Below, piece by piece: positions 34,349 to 45,500 of a stretch of DNA of 64,000 bases. The notes below the pieces were generated by a model. It saw nothing but the letters and a program-made list of their open reading frames with translations. It was not told where the DNA came from and ran no database searches. How positions within the stretch are numbered: position 1 is the first letter of the stretch; each line of letters starts with the position of its first letter. Source of the DNA: Diplonema japonicum (taxonomy: Eukaryota; Protista; Euglenozoa: Diplonemea); assembly GCA_964019335.1 (NCBI GenBank), contig OZ025694.1:372001-436000 (forward strand). The letters are read 5' to 3'. The position numbers and the translations under genes were made by a program.

Positions 34349-37300
34349 TTAAGGAGGGCTTTACAAACGGACTGGATAGACGCCGCTGCATTCTGTGCTC
34401 GGAGGGATGGAGTACAGGTAGAGAGCACACTTGTCAGAACCAATTGCAATACGCGGGTTGATAGGGTACTGTTGAACAACATCGCGGCCCAGGGGCTCGA
34501 GCATTGCGGAGTAAGCGAGGCTATCTCCGGGTCGGACCACCGATGCCTGTCGGTAACACTCAACATCCCAGCCTTTCGACAAGAAGTCCTAAGATACACC
34601 GTCCCGCAGGAGATACCAAAGACCAAGAAGGCGCCAGTCGGAATAGCGGAGACACTGATGCAGAAGTCGAGGTACCGTGAGTTCATTGCAGCACAGAGGC
34701 CAACCGAAGCTTTCTCAGAGATATCAGACCTTGCGGAACAATACTTACTACATGGGTACATGGGACCGGTACGCAACGTATACACCGGGAGGGGCAACGA
34801 GGTCAGAGCTGAGTGCGAGGTCAACGGAGTCGGCAGTCGGGGCGGCAACAAATCGACAACAGCGGCTTGAGAAGTTGAAGCTCAAAATTCGAAGTGCAAA
34901 ACAGCAAATGTTGAAACTCTATGAGGGTGGACACTGCGGGCCGCTCCCGGTGGAGATACGGAACGCGCTCAGAAACATTAACGACGCTAGGGGAAGAGCT
35001 GAAGGTCGAGTTCTGCAAGATCGACGCGACAGGGAGTATTGATAGCATCAGGGGGGAGCTTGAAATAGCTGAGGACTACTCCCAGGGAATGTTGTCGGAG
35101 CTGCCGCAAGAACATGCAGGCGAAAGCATACGAACGTTCAATACGCTCTGATTTTGGGAAGGAGCGCAGACACATCACAGCCTGGATCAAAGACCACCCA
35201 AACCAAAGGACAGATGTGGTTGAGACGGCAGATGGTGGAGTGACCGCAAACCTACGGAAGATGGACGAGGTGATGCGAGACGCTTGGTCGGGCGTCTTTT
35301 CTGCACGGGCACCAGAGGACGAGCCACAGTACGAACGATTTGCACAGCGCTACGGGAACATGATCAAGAAAACCCTAATGTCGCGTACTTCGATCACAGC
35401 GGAACAGCTGAGGGAAGTGATCAAGAAGAAGCCGGACAAAGGGGCCTGTGGCGTGGACGGTTGGCGGATGAGTGAGCTGAAACGTCTTCCGGTGAGCATC
35501 CTGAGAGCTTTCGCAGACCTCTTCAACCTGATTGAGGAGACAGGCCAGTGGCCGAGACAGATCACGACAGCCCTGGTGTCACTGATTCCAAAGGGTGAAG
35601 GGTCAGCTCCTCTGAACCACCGACCCATCACGGTGACCAGCACCATCTACCGCTTGTGGGCGTGTACGAGGCTGAAGGGTGTCCTTGACTGGCAGGAACG
35701 TTGGATCACGCCGAGACAGCACGGGTTTAGGCCCAAGCACAGTACGACGACAGCCCTCATGGAACTGTGTACCAAGCTGGAGCTGGCTTTGGTGGATGGG
35801 GAGCCGCTGGAGGGACTGGCCCTGGATTTTAGAAAGTGCTTCGACCTGGTGCCACAACAGCTGTCCCTTGACCTCATGAGCGCCCGGGAATGGACGAATC
35901 TATAGGAAGAGCACTCCAAGGGATGTACTCCCAGATCACGAGGAGGTTCAAGTACCCCATAGGAGTTGGTGACACGTTTGAGGCCACAAACGGTATCCTC
36001 CAGGGGTGCCCGCTGTCGGTCATCATCATCAACGCCTTGCTGTCCATCATGATACGGGCCGTCGAGCAGGTAGCGCCGGACGCCGAGGTGCTAGCATATG
36101 CCGACGACGCCTATCTGTTAGCGAAGCTGCGGGACTCACTGCAGGCAGCGGTCGAAGGGACTCTAGAGTTTTGCGACCTGACGGGGATGCAGGTCAACGA
36201 GGAAAAGACGGTGGGCTTTGGCACCGCGGAAGGGTTCAAGTCGAGAGTCGTGGGAGACCGAACGGCGATGAAGAAAGGCTCGGAAGTACCTGTACCATAC
36301 AAGACGGTGTCGGACCTCAAAGGGCTTGGCGTGAAAATCAACACGCGCAGGACAGGGACGAAATGGAACAAACCGACCGCGAATGCGCTTGACTCGCTAG
36401 ACCGGCTGGGTTGCACGAGGTTAGCCTTCGAGACGAAAGCACACATGGTCAGCACGACGATTCTTCCGTCATGCCTCTACAGCGGACCGTTCTCCCCCCC
36501 ATGTGACGAGACGCTCAAGAGTGTCGACAAGGGTAACATGCAACCTATGGGGCCCTCACCACCGTGGACGCTCTCCTACCGCAGTGAACACAGTCCTCTT
36601 GAAGGGGCACACTAACGATCCCCTCTCCTATGTGATATACCACTCCCTGAAGGTGGTGTCCGGAGCGCTCGACGACGAACGACTACGACAGAGATGCATG
36701 CGGATCGCTGCGGGGTACGGCACGGGGTCCACCCCGATGGGACCAGTAGGCAACCTGGTCTGTCGGTGGCTCCCCTATATAGGATGGAGCTGGGCGCAAT
36801 TGCTAGACTGTGGGAACAAACCCTGGGCCGAACGCGGACACGTCTTTAGGGACGCGGTGAGGAAAGCCCGGAGCAGGTCGCTGGCGAACGAGAGGAACAC
36901 AGTGAGAGGGATGGAGGCGGGAGCGGATCCCAAAACCAACCAACTATGGAAAACAGCCAAAGACCCGCTCATGTCCTACTGCCTGAGACGGGTTATCACC
37001 GGAGGGGTCCCCTACCTTAGCCCGCATGCAGGAACGAATCAAAGAAGCGTCCCCCTGGCACCAGAAGGTGACGGCACCGAAGAAGTCGAAGAGAGCATAA
37101 GCCAAGTCCCAACAACGACAGTATCACGCACACAAGGGTTCAGGTGCGACCTGTGTGAATCACCGTACCCGGACACGGTAACCCTACTCCGCCACCAACT
37201 CTACGAGTGCGCCTGCGCACAGGAAGAGCTAGCACAGGACGGCTTGGAACCACTGCGCAACAGGACAGGATGGCCTGGAATTGCACGCGATTCTGCCGAG

Positions 37301-37983
37301 AGGACATGACTTTGCGTACCTAGAGAAGCTGCAACGATACTTAGCCGTGGTGGTTGAGAAACGAGACGTAGAGCTCATGCAGAAGGAGGATGCCAACACA
37401 CAGCCGCTACCGTGGATTCGAAATGTGGTAGGTAAGAAATGCCCCGTTCCGATAGCTGGCGAGCTCGAAGGAGTGAGCGGGGTCCTGTCCCAGTACCTGA
37501 ACCCGCTGCTACAATGGTTGTCACAACTGCGCTGGGTGGAGAAGGACACCACCTCGGAGGTGTCGGCGGTGGAACTGGCCATTGACTTCGAATGGACGAC
37601 CGGAAAGTCTTTGGGAGGCCTGCTGGAAGATAGGGCGCGCAGAATCAAAGCTCTCATCGTAAAGATAAACACAGCATGCAGGGCACGGAAGAAGCGACGC
37701 CCCTTCCCAGCGGACGAGAGAAAAAGAGTGAAGTCCCTCATCGCCATTGGAGGAAAGGCAGCTATTGGTTTCTCCAGGAGGCCTATTTTCGCCACCCGCT
37801 CCACGCACGACAAGCTAATGGAATTGAAAGCCGACTACAAGCGGGACCGCATCACACGACTCCGCAAGACGCTCACGGCCTCAATCGGAATGAAAGCAAT
37901 GCTCCAGAAGGGGAGTATTAACAGATAGACCCCCCCCTCCCATAGGGCGGCCCTCTAGCGGGGGGCTTGTCCTGAACTTTGAG
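34349..37983 (+). mobile_element. 5'-truncated non-LTR retrotransposon (LINE family 1): partial APE endonuclease, reverse transcriptase, CCHC zinc finger, C-terminal domain; about four frameshifts
   Basis: APE C-terminal motifs TRVDRVL and SDH (34445-34545); RT motifs GVDGW, LIPK, RPITV, QHGFRP, LDFRKCFD, GILQGCPLS, AYADD; CDLC...HQLYEC at 37145-37210; stop 37928; short GC-rich 3' UTR then T-rich tract. Confidence 0.92.
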
Positions 37984-38033
37984 TTTTATTTCTTTCCCCC
38001 CCCGCTTTCTTTGCCGAATACATACTTATCACA

Positions 38034-38034
38034 G
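38034..38034 (+). promoter_or_regulatory. Putative trans-splice acceptor AG for the 7TM gene
   Basis: Pyrimidine tract 37984-38015 (the LINE tail) then TATCACAG|G, 90 nt before the ATG. Confidence 0.35.
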
Positions 38035-38123
38035 GTAGTGGGGTAAGAGGCTCACCCTCACCCTTTACTCACGTGGGGGTAAAAAAAAAAGAAACGAAGA
38101 AAATAAAGGGGAGAGCAAAGAAA

Positions 38124-39038
38124 ATGTCGTTACAATTCCACACCAATTTCACAGACGCGGAGACAGACACAATGCAGATTGTGACAGGCGTGGCCAGCGG
38201 GGTGTCGCTTATAGGGAGCTTGTTTATCGCGTCCTGCTACATGAGGTTCGGGGGCAGCAACATGGAGTTGTTGCTGTGGCTCAGCATCTCAGACGTTCTG
38301 AGCGACGCGTCCACTATCGCAGCGCTGTTTGTGTCCCCGGACAACGAGCAAGGCTGCAAGACAGTAGGTTTCCTTGTGACCGCCCTTGACCTCCCTCCTG
38401 TCCTGTGGACGGGCTGCTTGTCGCTGTCGCTATTCATCACGGTTTTTCTCTCTGAGAAAACAGGCAAGAAGGGGGTTCAATATTTGTACTTTTACTTCTT
38501 CATCAGCTTCGGGATCCCTCTCGCCACTGCTGTCATAGCGCTTCTGAAGGAAGACTTTGGCGATTCAGGGTATGGGTTTTGCTGGATAGAAGACCCGACG
38601 GAACGACTGCTGTACTTCTTCTTCCCGCTGTGGGTGGTGATCTTCTTCAACTCCATAGTGTACTTTGTCGTGACTAGGGAGTACAAGAAGGTCCTCCTCG
38701 CAACGCAAGGTTCGCTGTCGGCCAACTCTTCTTCACGCGCGCACCGTCTTAAGTACTACCCCCTCGTCCTTGTGGTGACCTGGTCCTTTGGGACAGCCCA
38801 CCGGTTGGCGCAGGCGCTTGGCATCCACTCGTACCCGCTTGCCATTCTGCACATGAGCTTCAGCAGGCTGCAGGGCTTCTTCAACGCTTTTGTGTACTCA
38901 TCTGACATTGGGATCAAGCAAGCCCTCCCCTGCCTCGGCTCTCGCAGCGGCACCTCTTATGATGGGCTCGATACCTACATCAACGCCACCCACGAGGAGG
39001 AACGGGGTAATAGTGTTTCTTACAGTCTTGCAGAATAG
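38124..39038 (+). CDS. Seven-transmembrane receptor, Dictyostelium cAMP-receptor/GCR1-like family
   Basis: 304 aa from ATG 38124; seven hydrophobic segments; family motifs SLIGSLFI, WLSISD, LWTGCLS, GFCWI, RLKYYPLVLVVTW, LQGFFNAFVY; N-glycosylation sequon NFT near the N-terminus. Confidence 0.85.
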   Translation: MSLQFHTNFTDAETDTMQIVTGVASGVSLIGSLFIASCYMRFGGSNMELLLWLSISDVLSDASTIAALFVSPDNEQGCKTVGFLVTALDLPPVLWTGCLSLSLFITVFLSEKTGKKGVQYLYFYFFISFGIPLATAVIALLKEDFGDSGYGFCWIEDPTERLLYFFFPLWVVIFFNSIVYFVVTREYKKVLLATQGSLSANSSSRAHRLKYYPLVLVVTWSFGTAHRLAQALGIHSYPLAILHMSFSRLQGFFNAFVYSSDIGIKQALPCLGSRSGTSYDGLDTYINATHEEERGNSVSYSLAE

Positions 39039-39093
39039 AATTTTTTTTCTTTTTTTTAAATCAGAATGGGGGGGGGGGGAAGAAATACAAATA

Positions 39094-40694
39094 CTGTAAA
39101 ACAAAAATCCACCGGAAGATAAAATATCCGGACCGCCGAAACATCCGGTGATTTTTTCTTCCGGACATTTTATCTTCCGGACATTCTTTTGGGCACTTTT
39201 CTAAGGGGGTACCTAGCCTGACCTACGCACTGCCCCCTCTGTCTGGAAAACTTATATTTCTGTTGCAAGAGTCTTAAGAACGGCAAAAATAAAATTCAAA
39301 TTAACAGACGAAAGCTGCATGCTCTAAAAAGGGGAAGGACATATCTCGCGACCCCTCCAGGTGCTGACCTCTTCAGGTGACTGAAATGATATTGCAAGTG
39401 GGAATATCTTCAGGTGAGAGGCACCCTTCAATGGCTGCGTCCCAGCAGGTTGGAGAGTACTTTTCCCGACAATAGAACTAAAAAAGGGGCGAGGAAAGGG
39501 CAGCATCTTCCTGTCCGCACGTCTGGCCGTCTTGTTTGCTGCCTTCGCAGCCTTGGCAGTGCGCCTGGCCTCGGCCTTAATGGCACAAATAGGTGAGGTC
39601 TGGGGGGACAAACGCTAAGTGAACGTTTGTTTCTGAAAACAAGTTCACAAAAGCCTGCGTAGTGTGGACATTGTAGTCATCAATGATGAGTAGGATGGGC
39701 TCGGTGGGTGCTCAGCCCGATGACTCGATGAGGTTGTAGCAAAGGGGAGAAACAAATCTTTTACCCAGAGCCGAAGCGTTTCCTGGGTGGCCCAGTGAGA
39801 TTTCGAAGCTGTTAAACTCCAGCCTTTTGGGGGGTGTGCAACACGAGGGACGGACCCGAGGTATTTCCTGCCGCGAGCTGGTTCTGTTTTTCCCGTGTAA
39901 ATTAGCTGCGGGTGCAGTTTGCCACCAGTCAGGGAAACGCAAAACTGTCCGGTGACGGCGCGCTTGTCCTAAATCCCTAACCTTGACAACCTTGGGACCC
40001 TTTTTCGTCTTCTTCCCAGCGGCAGCAGCTGGTCCATGTTCCAGGTCAACCGGCCTGATCTTTGTGAACCTCCTCGCTGCTTGGGTGTCTTTGGGGCTGC
40101 TAGACTTCCCTATTGTTGGGTGGCGGCTTGTGATGCCATGCTTGGAGCACAGCTGGTTGGCCCTCTGCATACAGGCTGATGTCCGACGCTGCTACCGGCA
40201 CCCCCCTTCCGTTCTGCATCTGGATCCAAACAAAGAGCCTTGTTGTTTCTTCCTAGTTCAGAAGAGGCTTCGACCCGCAGTAACGGGTGCGGCAGGGGGA
40301 TCGACCTTGGAGCTACCAAAGCGGTGCTTCCAGTCTGATATACTGGACATTGGCTCCATGACGCAAACCCGCAAAAAATAAGAACAACCCTAAAGCAAGC
40401 ACAAGAAGTGGTTTGGTTCAACAAGCTTGTGGTAGAAGCAAACAATCAGGATCTGAGGTGTCTTTTAGTTCTTGGAAAAGTCCGTAATTCAATTCTCTGA
40501 TTTTTGTTTGATTTTCTCTTGCTATAGAAACTAGTTTCATCTGTTTTCGGGTCCAGCCCTTTAATAAAAGGGGGGTCCCAGGAAAAAAATGTCCGGAAGA
40601 AAAAATATCCGGACCGCCAGAGCTTCCGGACATTTTATCTTCCGGACATTTTTTCTTCCGGACATTTTATCTTCCGGTGATTTTTGTTTTACAG
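39094..40694. mobile_element. 1601-bp non-autonomous TA-flanked TIR element (same superfamily as 10912-12103)
   Basis: TA|CTGTAAAACAAAAATCCACCGGAAGATAAAATATCCGG ... CCGGACATTTTATCTTCCGGTGATTTTTGTTTTACAG|TA; subterminal TTTT(A/T)TCTTCCGGACA repeats at both ends. Confidence 0.85.
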
Positions 40695-40746
40695 TAATTG
40701 TTTCGATCTGATGGTAGGTGATCAAGAATGGGGTAGGGGGGGTAGG

Positions 40747-40864
40747 GGTCCTTAAAAAGGGCCATTTTTTTTTAATATTTTTCAGTTTTTTCGATAAGGG
40801 CATTAAAGGCCCTTGGCGAAAAAACTGAAAAAGGGCAAAAAGAAAGTGGCCTTTTTTAAGGACC
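40747..40864. repeat. 118-bp foldback (hairpin MITE-like)
   Basis: GGTCCTTAAAAAGGGCCA / TGGCCTTTTTTAAGGACC outer arms; TTTTCAGTTTTTTCG / CGAAAAAACTGAAAA and AAGGG / CCCTT inner arms. Confidence 0.75.
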
Positions 40865-40894
40865 ATATGACCCCCCCCCCCCCCCCCCCCCCCC

Positions 40895-41060
40895 CCCGGC
40901 TATGTTGACAAGGAAACGCGTTTCCAAGCTTTTTTTTTAAAAAATAAGGAAACGAAAACGGAAACGTTTCCTTATTTTGGGGGCCGTTTCCTTAAAGTAT
41001 CTGAAAAATAAGGAAACTGGATGCGGGAATGTTTCCCCGTTTTTTGCCAACATTGCCCTG
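40895..41060. mobile_element. hAT-like MITE (GGAAAC family) between a poly-C and a poly-G run
   Basis: GGCTATGTTGACAA ... TTGCCAACATTGCCCTG imperfect TIR; internal AAGGAAAC/GTTTCCTT motifs also at 28-90 and 25001-25051. Confidence 0.65.
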
Positions 41061-41287
41061 GGGGGGGGGGGGGGGGGGTCCTTTCGCCAAGCCTCGCTGT
41101 ACTCGGTGTTTTGCAGTTTTCCAGATTCTTTTGAATCAAGAGACCAAAAAATGCTTTGCAAGAGCTCCAGGTTTCTTTCTTCTTAAAACAAATGTTAAGG
41201 GTGGGGGGGGGGACCAAAAAGAAGAACGAACAAACAAGTCACATTGAAAGACGGGAGAAAAAAAAAAATTAAAAATAAACTGAACTG

Positions 41288-41423
41288 CTGTTAAACAAGA
41301 ATTAACGAACGAGACAAATTCGCGAACCCGAAAAAGTAAAGCCCTTTGGCTGCCTTTACAGCTGATAGATATCGACGAACGCGTGAAGAATTGCGAACCT
41401 GTTTGTCAGTTTTTGTTTTACAG
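41288..41423. mobile_element. 136-bp CTGT...ACAG MITE
   Basis: CTGTTAAACAAGAATT ... AGTTTTTGTTTTACAG; internal GCGAAC repeats; flanks are TG/CA rather than TA/TA. Confidence 0.5.
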
Positions 41424-42450
41424 CATCTAACTACTATTATTAACAATTTAATAAACCCTTAAAGACGGGAGAGGGGGGGGGGGGGGGGGGGGGCCTTTCT
41501 ATAGTAACATGGGGGGATATCAGGAGTTGTGCTACTCCTGAAGGAAATACTTTCTTTTAAGAAAATCGACAGGCACTTTAATTCCCCCCCCCCCCGATTT
41601 ATCAGCCCCCCGTTCTTTAAGAGTTTTAAAAAGAAAAAAAGAAGAAAAGAAAAAAAAGAGTCGAGTTTTTAGCATTTTTTTTGTTTGTGCACACGGTATA
41701 AATCCCTGGGGAATATATACTGCATGCTGCCACCTACTCTTTTACTTTGCTCGTTCAAAACTGAGCAGTACTTTTTGTTAAATACAAAAAAAAAAAAAGA
41801 AAAGTATCATCATTTTTTTTTTTTTTTTTTTTTTACATTTTGTACTGTCCTGGAAAAAAAAAAGAAAATGAATGTGCCGGGGCTGACAAAAGAAATATTC
41901 GAGTATTTTTAACCGGGAATTTGTCAGGCACAGCATTTTCTTTTTTTTTTTTCACTTACAGTATTTCTTTTTTTTTTTTTTAGCTCCTTTTTTTTAAAGC
42001 GAGTCTGGTTAGTCTGTGCACCCCACCGAGGCGAGGAAACAGGGACAAAGCACACACATGTCTGAGATGGCCGCTGTACTGAACGAAACGCACTCCAAAA
42101 TGTGCCGTTTTTTTTTTTTTTCCAACAGTAATTGTAAGTGAGTTGTTTCTTAATGTTGCTAAAAAAAGAGTCGCGGCAGGCTTTGTTCGGCTTGTTCGGC
42201 TTTTTAACCTTTTGCAGATAAAAAGTGACGTTGCACAGTGGTCTTCTTTTTCTTCCTCCTTTTCTTTTTTTTTTTTTGGAAAAAAATAGAAATGTACCGT
42301 TTATTCTTCCTGTTCTTTTGAGGTTTTTTTTTTTTTTTGAGTTTTGTTTTTTTTTTTTTGTTCTTCTTTCGGCCCTTGTTTCGTGAAAGGTCACAATCCT
42401 TTTTCTTTTCTCTTTTTTTTTTTCTTCCGACACACATTGGGCTCGTCGAC

Positions 42451-42483
<33 letters not shown>

Positions 42484-42520
42484 TCTTGACAAAATGGGCG
42501 AATAAAATGGACCATATATT

Positions 42521-42541
42521 AATTCTTTTTTTCCTCCACAG
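42521..42541 (+). promoter_or_regulatory. Polypyrimidine tract and AG acceptor (putative trans-splice site)
   Basis: TTCTTTTTTTCCTCCACAG|G 52 nt upstream of ATG 42593. Confidence 0.5.
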
Positions 42542-42592
42542 GTTAAAACACTTCACTAAAAAAAAAAAAAAAAAAAAGAAAAGACTCAAGAA

Positions 42593-45500
42593 ATGGAACT
42601 CCCCCTAGGAGCCTTCCTAGTGGTTTTAGTGCTCTGCAACTGTGGAGTCGTCAAGGCGGACATCTACAACAACAGAGATTGCAGGGACTGGGGACCTCCT
42701 CAGAACAAGGCCGAGTACCCGAAGTGGCCGTATTGCAACAGAAGGCCGGGTGACGGGAACACGAGGTACAAGTTCCTGACGGACGCAATGCCGCCGGCTG
42801 ACCTCCCACCCTACAAGTGCGGGAAGGGCTTGGTCCTGCGTCACGACGCAGACGGCATAGTGTGTGCCAACTACGTTCTAGGCGATGACTATGCAGGTCC
42901 TTGCAACGACCCCACGTGCTGTGTCAAAGAAGTCTGCACCACCTACAAATGCCCTAAGAACTGGGTCCTTAAACCTACTGCCGACCAAATCTCGTGCCTC
43001 TTCGGCTGCGGCGAAGACATCTGTTGCGATCCTGTCAAACCCGTTCCCAAGATGAACCCTGCGGGGCTCATCTTCGTCGACCAAGACCCGAAGAGATTCT
43101 CCTTCGGCGGGAAGGTGACCATCCTCCGTGCTCCTGACGAGACCGACATCACAGAGTACCGGGTCTACTGGGGGTACTCCAACATGGTGCGCAAGGTCCC
43201 GTCATGCGGGTTAAAGAACCCTGTGTCATGGAACAACGTGAAGTGGCGTTCGGACAAGCTGTTGAAGAAGGTGAAGGCGACTGGGTGTGACATCACGTTC
43301 GAGATCCCAATGGGGACGAAGCCGCCGCCTCGTGACAACACGTGCACCATCATGACCGACAGGCAGGACAGGACAACGGCAGGGACCGACCCGTGCAACC
43401 CGCACTACCTTATCGTTGCGGCGTGGAACGAGAATGGCGAGAAGCCTGTCATGGCAACCAACGAGCAGCAAGTGGGCCCCCGCCACCCCATCTCCGATTA
43501 TGAAGAAGAATTCAATCTCCCTTGCGCAGAGGGCGGCATCACCATGGGCCACGACATCCCTGCTGAGAACGACGTCGTCCTTGGTGCCTGGAACAGTGTC
43601 GAGACCCCTGCCGACTGTGCAAAGCTCTGCCGCGAGTACTCCGGACCCAAGGGACCCTGCCGCTACTGGACCTGGGCCTACCCCAATAAAGGACGCACCG
43701 CGAAGACGTGTTGGATGGAAAGTCAGATCCTCCAGAAGACCCATTACGGCGTTCGTGTCGTCGGTCCGGCCGTCTGCCCCACACGAGACGGCGAAAAGCC
43801 TACTGGCAAGGAACGCCCCCGCTGCAACAGATGGATCCGAAAGGCCAATCAAGCACCCTTCGCTAATGAAAACAACGGCCGCAACAAATGGATAGACAAG
43901 GGACACCACTGGGTGCAGAAGCCCAACCTCCCAGACGTTCCCCTTGGGCCCTACCAGAACGCAGAGGAGTGCCAAGCCATCTGCGATATGGACATGTTGT
44001 GCATCGGGTTTACATACATGAAACGTGACGTGTCGGACAAGTGGTTCCACAGGTGTTTTATGATCCGCCAGGACATCGGCTTCAAGAGCAATGTGTTCTA
44101 TGACAGCTGGATGTGCTCGCGGGAGGGCATGGCGCCCCTTTTGTACGGCTACACGATGAACGGCAACCCGTTTGGCTACATGAAGTGCTCGCAGGCACCC
44201 TCTGCCGAGCAGCAGGCAAAAGATGTCGACTGTTGTGCGGCGCTGTGCGATGCTGATGCAAGTTGCGCGTCGTTCACGTTCTGGGCAGATAAGAAGTGTC
44301 AGCTGTTCACATCGTGCACGTTGCAGAAGGTGAACAAGGTGGAAGGCTGCTCGTACGAATCATGCTTCGATGGGTACGGCGCTGCGTCGTACACGAAAGA
44401 CACGGCACGCATGATGTCCATAGTGGACAAGTGGCCGCAGGCAGGGGGCGACGGCGGGCTTCCTATCACCGTGCAGACCAACGGTGGGATGGACGGTGTG
44501 GAGGTAACGTGTGTGGCGTGGAGGGAGGGCAAGCCAGTCCGACCTGCAGTCCCGACCACTGCCTTGGCCATCAAGGCACAGGCATCACTGTCTGCCTCTT
44601 ATGCCACAGGGATCGTCAAGGACAACCTAGCGGAGATGTTGCTCACACGCGAAGAAGCAGCCGCCTGGCTCGACGACGGGCAGAAGTACACAGTGCGGTG
44701 CAGTGTTGACGACCCCCAGCCACTTGGGCTCCCCACTTACATTGATCAGACGGTGGAATCCAATTTTGTCAAAGGCTTCGTCCTCGTAGGTGCTGGCTAT
44801 TGCAAGACGACGTCCTGTAGCAAGGCAAAAGCCTTTGTCCCCAAGAACGCTCCCTACACCCTAGCCGCTTGCAGGAAGGAATGTGTCGACCACGGCACCG
44901 AGTGCACTGCTTTCTGGTACCGCAACAGCGACGGGTGGTGCCATATCAAGATCGACGGCTGCAACTACGATAAGGTGAAGAACGATGCCAGCGTGCAATG
45001 TTTCCGCAGTGCAACTGAGCCCAACCCGTTTGTTCCTGGGACAGACATCTGCGAGAAGTCGTGCACAGGTACCTGTGCTGTCAAGAGACAGCTCGGCGTC
45101 TACGACAGGGACAGTTTCATCCCTCTCAGGCAGGTCTGCGACGAAAGCGACGAGTGTGCGACAGGCCCTTGCGGCATGGGGCAGACGTGCAATGATCCTA
45201 ACACCGCCCCTAGCAGCCTCAACGATTATGTGTGCAGCTGCGACGCCGACCCCTCCGTCCAAGCCACGGGTGCTGCCGCCATGTGCACAGTCGACGAGTG
45301 TGCCACAAGCCCCTGTGGTGCAGAACAGGAATGCAACGACCCTGACATGAGCAACAGCAGCCAGCACGACTATATCTGCACTTGCAAATCAGACACTAGT
45401 CTCACTAAGGTAGACGGTCCTGCTGTGTGTTCAAAAGATGAGTGTGCCACCAGCCCTTGTGGCACTGGGCAGACCTGCAGCGACCTTACGCAAGGTGTTG

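Noticed and set aside
39324-40445. ORFs inside the 39094-40694 and 10912-12103 elements as transposase
   Set aside because: No DDE/D or HTH motifs recognisable; short and inconsistent frames.
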